Of a stretch of 15,311 nucleotides of DNA, positions 8,399 through 15,311 are shown in pieces (the stretch's first letter is position 1; every line of letters begins with the position of its first letter). Made by a program: the position numbers and the translations under genes. This DNA is from Candidatus Methylomirabilia bacterium (lineage in GTDB: Bacteria > Methylomirabilota > Methylomirabilia > Rokubacteriales > CSP1-6). The stretch lies in the NCBI GenBank assembly GCA_041496385.1, contig JBGQEL010000098.1, forward strand, positions 1 to 15,311, in the 5' to 3' direction. The notes beneath the pieces are model-generated. The model was given only the letters and a program-made list of their open reading frames with translations. It was not told where the DNA came from and searched no databases.

Positions 8399-8907
8399 CA
8401 ACGGCGCCGGCCGATCACGTCGAGGATGCCCGCCAGGATGGCCGTCGGCGCGGGCGGGCAGCCTGGGATGACGGCGTCGACGGGGACGACGTCGCCGACG
8501 CCGCCCACGATGGCGTAGGAGCCACGGAAGATGCCGCCGTCACGGGCGCAGTCGCCGACGGCGATGACGATCTTGGGGTCGGGCGTCGCCTCCCAGGTAC
8601 GGCGGAGCGCCTCGGCCATGTTCCGCGTCACCGGTCCCGTGACGAGCAGGCAGTCGGCGTGGCGCGGCGAGGCGACGAAGCGAAGTCCGAACCGCTCGAG
8701 GTCGTAGTGCGGGCCCGTCAGCCCTGCGATCTCGAGCTCGCAGGCGTTGCAGGAGCCGGCGTCCACCTGACGGATCGCGAGCGAGCGGCCGAAGAGGCGC
8801 CGGACCTGGCCCGCGAGCCGGTCGCCGAGCCGCTCGACGTCGGCGTCGCGTGGCGCGGGCTCGGTGACGATGCCGCTGCGGAGGCCGGTCCGGAGCTGTC
8901 GGAGCAC
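8398..8907 (-). CDS. hycG: Ehr complex small Fe-S subunit (HycG/HyfI/NuoB-like), 169 aa
   Basis: DAGSCNACELE, ASPRHAD, VTGPVT, GDCA and PGCPP: the four Cys ligands of the NuoB-family [4Fe-4S] cluster are present. Confidence 0.93.
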   Translation of the reverse strand: MLRQLRTGLRSGIVTEPAPRDADVERLGDRLAGQVRRLFGRSLAIRQVDAGSCNACELEIAGLTGPHYDLERFGLRFVASPRHADCLLVTGPVTRNMAEALRRTWEATPDPKIVIAVGDCARDGGIFRGSYAIVGGVGDVVPVDAVIPGCPPAPTAILAGILDVIGRRR

Positions 8908-8910
8908 CGG

Positions 8911-9273
8911 TCAGCGCGGCCGGGGCCGGCGCGCTTCCTCGCGAAGCGCGCGCAGCATCCCCTGGGTGCCCACGAGATGGTTGTCGAAGACCCGCCGCGC
9001 GACGTCGAGCAGGTCGCCGACGAGCGGGTCGCGCAGCGCGTACCGCACCGTCGTGCCCTCCTTGCGGGCACCGACGACGTTCGTGCGCCGCAGGACGGCG
9101 AGCTGCGAGGAGACGGTGGGCTGGTCGAGGCCGAGCGCGACCTGGAGCTCCTGGACACTCCGCTCGCGCCCGCGCAGCATCTCGAGGATCCGGATGCGCA
9201 GCGGGTGCGCGAGCGCCTTGAAGAATTCGGCCTTGAACGACTGCAGCTCCGTGGACGCGACGGCCTGGGTCAC
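8911..9273 (-). CDS. ArsR/SmtB-family transcriptional regulator (Rv0081-like position), 120 aa
   Basis: FFKALAHPLRIRILEML..ERSVQEL....VSSQLAVLR...V..RKEG..VRY winged HTH. It is the first gene of the Ehr operon and contains no Cys. Confidence 0.92.
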   Translation of the reverse strand: MTQAVASTELQSFKAEFFKALAHPLRIRILEMLRGRERSVQELQVALGLDQPTVSSQLAVLRRTNVVGARKEGTTVRYALRDPLVGDLLDVARRVFDNHLVGTQGMLRALREEARRPRPR

Positions 9274-9281
9274 GGAGCAGT

Positions 9282-9310
9282 CTTATATCTCAATATCCGT
9301 ATATAGTCAA
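9282..9310 (-). promoter_or_regulatory. Sigma70-type promoter of the ArsR-Ehr operon with overlapping candidate operator
   Basis: On the minus strand, TTGACT-N17-TATAAG lies 8 nt upstream of GTG 9273. The inverted repeat TATAT-N12-ATATA (9284-9305) spans the spacer and -10. This is a conspicuously AT-rich patch. Confidence 0.75.
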
Positions 9311-10395
9311 TTCTGGCCGAGCAGCTCCTCGTACACGGCCGTGGTACGGGCCATCGAGGCGCCGAGGGAGTACCGCTCGCCGACGAGCGCCTGGGCGGCG
9401 CGGCCCAGGGCCCGCGCCCGCGCCGGCGCGTTCGCGAGCGCGAGGATCGCCGCGGCCAGCGCGCGCGCGTCGCCGGGCGGCACGAGGAGCCCGGTCTCGC
9501 CGTCACGCACGAGCTCCGGGTTGCCGCCGACCGTCGAGGCGACGACGGGCGTGCCGACGGCGAAGGCCTGGGGGATGACCTGGGACGTCGCCTCGGAGCG
9601 GATCGAGGGCAGCACGAGCAGGTCGAGCGCGGCCATGACCTCGGGAACGTCGCGTCGAAAGCCCGTCATCGTCACCGCGGCTCCGAGCCCCAGGGCGCCG
9701 ACCCGCCGTCGCACATCGGCGTAGCCCACGCCCTCGCCGACGATGAGGAAGCGCACGTCCGGCCGCGCCCGGAGCACCTCGCGCGCCCCCTCGAGGAAGA
9801 CGTCATGGCCCTTGGAGCCGCGGATGTTCGCGACGAGGCCGACGAGCGGCTGGTCGGGCGCCACGCCGAGCTCGTCGCGCACCGCCTTGCCCGACACGCC
9901 GGGATGGAAGCGGGCGGTGTCCACACCCGGCGGGATCGAGACGACGCGCCCGGCCGGCACGCCCGCGCCGGCGACGATCGCGCGCACCGCCTCGCCGCTC
10001 GTGATCACGCGGTCGGCGAGCCGGTAGACGAGCGCGCGGCGCGGCAGGATGCGGATGGACACGTGGCGGCTGCGCACGACCGGCAGGCGGAGCGACTTGG
10101 CGGCGATCGCGCCGAGCCAGCTGTCCACCGAGCTGTGTGTGTGGACGAGGCTGACGGCGCGCGCCTTCATGAGCCGGCGAAGCCCCAGGAGCGCCGCCAG
10201 ATCGTGGGCCCCGCGCATGCGCACCGTGACCGCCGGGATCCCGACGGCCTCCGCCTCGGCGAGCAGGGGGCTCGCGGGCTGGCAGGCAACGAGCGCCCGC
10301 CAGCCGTGTTCGAGGAGCCAGCGGCTTTCGGCGACGATCCTGAGCTCCTGTCCGCCGAGCCCGCGCGACGCCTCGGTGTGGAGGATCGTCGGCAT
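9307..10395 (-). CDS. GT4-family (GT-B fold) glycosyltransferase, 362 aa
   Basis: GLGGQE N-terminal loop, VHTHSSVDSW, IPPGVD, KGH, GFRRDVPEVMAALDLLVLPS and GTPVVASTVGGNPELV. Confidence 0.92.
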   Translation of the reverse strand: MPTILHTEASRGLGGQELRIVAESRWLLEHGWRALVACQPASPLLAEAEAVGIPAVTVRMRGAHDLAALLGLRRLMKARAVSLVHTHSSVDSWLGAIAAKSLRLPVVRSRHVSIRILPRRALVYRLADRVITSGEAVRAIVAGAGVPAGRVVSIPPGVDTARFHPGVSGKAVRDELGVAPDQPLVGLVANIRGSKGHDVFLEGAREVLRARPDVRFLIVGEGVGYADVRRRVGALGLGAAVTMTGFRRDVPEVMAALDLLVLPSIRSEATSQVIPQAFAVGTPVVASTVGGNPELVRDGETGLLVPPGDARALAAAILALANAPARARALGRAAQALVGERYSLGASMARTTAVYEELLGQN

Positions 10396-10401
10396 GGCGA
10401 C

Positions 10402-10407
10402 AGACTA
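10402..10407 (-). promoter_or_regulatory. Putative -10 element (TAGTCT) for a leaderless GT4 transcript
   Basis: TANNNT hexamer 6 nt upstream of ATG 10395 with no SD, the same geometry as three other genes in the window. Confidence 0.5.
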
Positions 10408-10454
10408 CCGCCGCCGCCGTTCCAGGACGAAAAAGCTGGTGTGTCGGGGTCGGG

Positions 10455-10826
10455 CTACCAGCGGCCGCCGCGGGAGCCGCCGCGACCACCACCACCGCCG
10501 CCGCCGCCACCGAAGCCGCCCCGGCCGCCACCACCACCGCCGCCGAAGCCGCCACGGCCACCACCGCCGCCGCCGCTGCCTGGCGCCTTGGCCTTCTCGA
10601 CCTGGATGGTCCGGCCGTCGAGGCTCTGCCCGTTCAGCTTGCTGATGGCCTGCTCGGCTTCCTCCGGCGTCGCCATCTCGACGAATCCGAAGCCGCGTGA
10701 GCGGCCGGTGTCCCGGTCCGTCACGACGCTCGCGGATTCGACCGTGCCGCAGGCCTGAAAGGCCTCGCGCAGGCGCTCGTTGGAGGTGGAGAATGAGAGG
10801 CCGCCGATGAAGAGTTTGACCGCCAT
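10455..10826 (-). CDS. RRM (RNP-1) RNA-binding protein with Gly/RGG-rich tail, 123 aa
   Basis: RNP2 KLFIGGLS and RNP1 RSRGFGFVEM. SD AAGGAG at 10840-10835 supports ATG 10826 over the ORF track's 10991. Confidence 0.95.
   Translation of the reverse strand: MAVKLFIGGLSFSTSNERLREAFQACGTVESASVVTDRDTGRSRGFGFVEMATPEEAEQAISKLNGQSLDGRTIQVEKAKAPGSGGGGGGRGGFGGGGGGGRGGFGGGGGGGGGRGGSRGGRW
10464..10574 (-). repeat. Low-complexity GGC/GGT tandem repeat encoding (G)n-RGGF/RGG units
   Basis: Encodes GGGGGGRGGFGGGGGGGRGGFGGGGGGGGGRGGSRGG, with four RGG boxes. Confidence 0.85.
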
Positions 10827-10834
10827 GGGAGGAG

Positions 10835-10952
10835 CTCCTTGTGCCTTCCGAGCCTGTGCACGCCCCGGAACTCGGAAGGAGATCGGGGACGCGGCCTGAC
10901 GGGGAGGAAGGTTCCCGGCGAACCAACGACCGCACCAGACTGACGGAGTATA
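10835..10952 (-). promoter_or_regulatory. Putative -10 element (TATACT) and structured 5' leader of the RRM gene
   Basis: TATACT at 10952-10947 implies a leader of about 115 nt. A perfect 9-bp inverted repeat CCTTCCGAG/CTCGGAAGG (10844-10852/10871-10879) lies just upstream of the SD. Confidence 0.55.
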
Positions 10953-11054
10953 CACCGTTCGCCGGGGGCTGCGGATCGAATCTTGTGCCATGCCGGAACT
11001 TTACAGGTGTGCCGGATCGCGGCACTGGCGTCCCGGAAGGCGCCCCGCGCGTAG

Positions 11055-11073
11055 TGCTATAGTCGGCCTGGAG
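11055..11073 (+). promoter_or_regulatory. Extended -10 promoter (TGcTATAGT) and SD (GGAG) of the two-component operon
   Basis: TG-N-TATAGT at 11055-11063 and GGAG at 11070-11073, 8 nt before GTG 11082. Confidence 0.65.
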
Positions 11074-11081
11074 ACATTCCC

Positions 11082-12387
11082 GTGACGTCAGGCGAGCGGA
11101 AGCCCTGGCACGTGATCTTTCGGCTGCTCGAGCGCGACGAGCGGGTCTTCGCGGTCCTTCTGGCGGTCGTGATGGTCGGCGGTCTGGCGACGGTCGGCCT
11201 GGTCCCGCTGCGGCCCCGGTACCGGATCGACCTCTACTCGCTCGTGTTCTGGTTCGCCGCCTACAAGGTCTGCGTCTTCGCCCTCGTCACGGTGAACCCC
11301 CGAGCCACGCGCGCGATCTTCGTGGGCGCGCTCGGGATCGATCTCATCCTGGTCTTCACGCTCCTCTACCTCACGGGGGGCGGCGACAGCCCGTTCGTGA
11401 ACCTGTTCTACCCGCTGGTGGCCGTCAACGCCTACTACTTCGGCCGTTCGGTGGGGTTGTTGCTGACCCTGGTGGCCGGCCTGCTCTACTGGACGGCGGC
11501 GCGGCTGGCGCCGCCGGACGCGGCGTGGACGGCGGTCTTGTTCCTCATGGGACTCATCGGTCTCCCCGCGTTCGCCCTCGGCCACGTGGCCGAGCGCGAG
11601 CGGCGCGGGCGCGCCGAGGTCGAGCGGCTCAACGCGGAGCTCACCGGGACGCTCTCCCGCCTGCAGACCGCGCAGCAGGAGCTGCTCGTCGCCGAGCGGA
11701 TGGCGACGGTCGGCCGCGTGTCCCTCAAGGTCGCGCACGAGGTGCGCAACCCGATCAGCGCGATCGAGCTCAACGCGGAGATGCTCGGCGACATCGTGCG
11801 CGGGCGGTCCGGCGCGGACATGGACGAGGCGGCGGGGCTCGTCACGGCGATCCGCGACCAGGTCAACGCCCTCGACGCGCTCACCGAGGAGTACCTGGCC
11901 TTCGCGCGCTTCCCGAAGCCCAACTTCGAGGAGGAGTCGGTGAACCAGCTCGTCCAGGAGCTCGCCGACTTCATCCGGCCGGTCGCGACGCGGCAGGGGC
12001 TCGTCGTGCGCGTCGAGATCGACACGAACGTGCCCACGATGGAGGTCGACCGCGGCCTCCTCCGGCAGGCGATCCTCAACCTCGTGAAGAACGGACAGGA
12101 GGCCCTCTCGACCGGCGGCGAGCTGACGATCGCGAGCCACTTTGACGGCGACGCCGTCGAGATCGCGGTGTCGGACACGGGCGCGGGCATCCCCGAGGCC
12201 GTCGGCGCGCGCCTCTTCGAACAGTTCTTCACCACGAAGCCGCAGGGCACGGGCCTCGGCCTCTCGATCGCCCGCCAGATCGCCGAGGAGCACGGGGGCG
12301 AGATCCGCTGGGCCAACCGCGCCGGACGCGGCGCGACCTTCACGATCCGCCTGCCGCTCAAGCGGACGGCGCCTCTGCGGGAAGTGA

Positions 12388-12395
<8 letters not shown>
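11082..12395 (+). CDS. Membrane-bound sensor histidine kinase (NtrB/PilS-like), 437 aa
   Basis: About 6 N-terminal TM helices and a coiled coil, then H-box AHEVRNP, N-box NLVKNG, G1 DTGAGI, F-box FFTTK and G2 GTGLGL. Confidence 0.95.
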
Positions 12396-13763
<1,368 letters not shown>

Positions 13764-13767
<4 letters not shown>

Positions 13768-14939
13768 AGGCGCTCCTGCTCACGCGCGAGTACCCGCCGC
13801 ACATCTACGGCGGCGCCGGCGTCGTCGTGGACCAGCTCTCGCGCGCGCTGGCGCGCCGCATGGCCGTCGAGGTCCGCTGCTTCGGCGAGCGCCCGCCCGG
13901 GGCGGCCGACGGGATCGCCCTCCGGGGCTACACGCCGTGGGAGCGCCTGAAGGCGGACGCGGACGGGCCGCGCTTCGCACCCGCGCTCGAGACGCTCTCG
14001 ATCGGGCTCGCGATGGCGCGCGACGCCGTGGACGCCGACGTCGTCCACGCGCACACCTGGTACGCGGACATGGCGGGCCTCTGGATCCGCACGCTCCACC
14101 GCATCCCGCTCGTCGTCACGCTCCACAGCATGGAGCCGCTCCGGCCCTGGAAGGCCGACCAGCTCGGCAGCGGCTACCTCCTCTCGAGCTGGATCGAGAA
14201 GACCGCGGTCGAGGCGGCCGACCGCGTGATCGCGGTCTCCGAGCGGATGCGCGACGACATCCTCGCGCACTTCCGGTGCGAGCCCGCGAAGGTCGTCGTC
14301 ATCCACAACGGGATCGATCCCGAGCGCTTCCGGCGCACCGAGCGGCGCGACGCGCTCGACCGCCTCGGCGTGACGTCGCCGTACGTGCTCTTCGTGGGGC
14401 GCATCACCGACCAGAAAGGGATCTTCCACCTCCTGGAGGCGGCGCCGAAGCTGCCCGCGGGCGTGCAGGTGGTGCTCTGCGCCTCGGCGCCCGACACGCC
14501 GGAGATCGAGGAGCGCCTGCGACGCGCGGTGGCGGCGCAGCCGAGCATCCTCTGGATCAACGAGATGGTGCCCGTCGAGGTCGTCGGCCAGCTCTATAGC
14601 CACGCCGCCGTCTTCTGCTGTCCTTCGGTCTACGAGCCCTTCGGCCTGATCAACCTCGAGGCGATGGCGTGCGAGACGCCGGTCGTCGCCTCGGCCGTCG
14701 GCGGGATCCTCGAGGTCGTCGAGGACGGCAAGACCGGAATCCTGGTGCCGCCCGCCAAGCCCGACGAGCTCGCCGCCGCGCTCCGCCGCGTGCTGGAGAA
14801 TCCTGCGCTCGGACGGAGCATGGGGCAGGCGGGGCGGCGGCGCGTCGAGGCGCGGTTCAGTTGGGCGAGCGTCGCCGAGCGCACCGAGCGCGTCTACGCC
14901 GAGGCGATCGCCGAGTTCGAGCGCGCCTCCGGCGACTGA
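13764..14939 (+). CDS. glgA: Actinobacterial-type GlgA/GlgM GT4 glucosyltransferase (annotated glycogen synthase; alpha-maltose-1-phosphate synthase-like), 391 aa
   Basis: TREYPPHIYGGAG, HAHTWY, HSMEPLRPWKADQLGSGY..SSWIEK, FVGRITDQKG, APDTPEI and CPSVYEPFGLINLEAMAC match the GlgM subfamily signature. GTG start in a GTGA overlap. Confidence 0.88.
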
Positions 14940-14962
14940 TCCGCGGGCGGGCCCGCCGCAAA

Positions 14963-15129
14963 GCCGTCCGTGCGGTCGGGCACCGTCACGTTCTGCGCCG
15001 TCGCCACCGGGATGCGCATGAGCGCGGCCGCCGCCTCCTCGATCGTGCGGCAGGTCTCCAGCACGTAGCGGAGGACGAGCGGCCGGGCCGCGCCTCCGCC
15101 ATCGCGAGGAACGTCTTGCGCACGCTCAC
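14963..15129 (-). pseudogene. Collapsed remnant of a peptidase C45 (acyl-CoA:6-APA acyltransferase-like, Ntn hydrolase) gene
   Basis: GTG 15129 overlaps the upstream stop and gives MSVRKTFLAMAEARPG. A different frame from 15082 gives PLVLRYVLETCRTIEEAAAALMRIPVATAQNVTVPDRTDG, resembling the C45 internal motif PL.LRY.LE.C.TV.EA...L.R.P....N.T..D. Family recognised from memory, not by search. Confidence 0.65.
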
Positions 15130-15311
15130 AGCGGCCTCACGGGAAGACAGAGCTCGCACCGGAAGTTCCCGGCCTTCGCGCCGGCGCCGGGGTTGCCGCG
15201 GTAGATCTCGAGGCAGGGACGATCATCGGGCTGATAGCCGCTGCCGGGCAGCCACGAGCTGAACACGCCATCCCAGGCGCCTTCGATCTCGTGGGCGCTC
15301 CCGGTGAACTC
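15126..15311 (-). CDS. C-terminus of a GyrI-like small-molecule-binding domain protein (probably an AraC-family regulator), 5'-partial
   Basis: Not in the ORF track; hand translation gives EFTGSAHEIEGAWDGVFSSWLPGSGYQPDDRPCLEIYRGNP...FRCELCLPVRPL*. The pattern WLP.SGY..DDRP..E.Y ... .PV is typical of GyrI-like domains. Confidence 0.85.
   Translation of the reverse strand, partial: EFTGSAHEIEGAWDGVFSSWLPGSGYQPDDRPCLEIYRGNPGAGAKAGNFRCELCLPVRPL

Noticed and set aside
8250..8401. HyfB N-terminus seems about one TM helix shorter than typical
   Set aside because: The start overlaps the upstream stop cleanly and this region varies in length; it cannot be supported without an alignment.
1900..8907. 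Calling the operon a formate hydrogenlyase / group 4 [NiFe] hydrogenase or complex I
   Set aside because: Both Ni-binding CxxC motifs are absent, there are no fdh, hyp or HycF genes, and the subunit set and missing NuoD Tyr motif do not fit complex I.
9560..9600. GT4 E-x7-E motif reads EATSQVIPQ (second Glu is Gln), suggesting inactivation
   Set aside because: The second position varies among GT4 enzymes, and the rest of the ORF is intact.
10410..10454. T-run (GCTTTTT on the minus strand) after the RRM gene as an intrinsic terminator
   Set aside because: No convincing GC stem directly precedes the T-run.
10460..10580. CCG/CCA repeats as a CRISPR array, VNTR element or proline-rich plus-strand protein
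   Set aside because: There is no repeat-spacer structure, and the Gly codons of the RRM tail on the minus strand fully explain it.

Overview
A very GC-rich, densely coding bacterial window. The codon style and the DUF4124-type exported protein suggest Candidatus Rokubacteria/Methylomirabilota, but this is inference only. The centre is a translationally coupled minus-strand operon (1900-9273): a Cys-free ArsR/SmtB regulator followed by HycG-, HyfB-, HycD-, HyfE-, HyfF- and HycE-like subunits. The large subunit lacks both Ni-binding CxxC motifs, so this is an energy-converting-hydrogenase-related (Ehr) complex of unknown substrate, with the same gene order as M. tuberculosis Rv0081-Rv0087, and not a true hydrogenase. 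The left flank holds a PhzF-family gene (3'-partial) that appears to have lost its catalytic 'EMNLSET' segment in frame, a divergent SAM methyltransferase sharing a 14-bp palindromic bidirectional -10 element, and a secreted DUF4124-like protein. The right flank holds a GT4 glycosyltransferase, a Gly/RGG-rich RRM RNA-binding protein with a structured leader, and a membrane histidine kinase plus sigma54 response regulator coupled to a GlgA/GlgM-type glucosyltransferase. It ends with a collapsed peptidase C45 remnant and the C-terminus of a GyrI-like domain protein. Four genes show a leaderless-mRNA architecture (TANNNT 6-7 nt before the ATG, no SD). No rRNA, tRNA, CRISPR array or mobile element was recognised.
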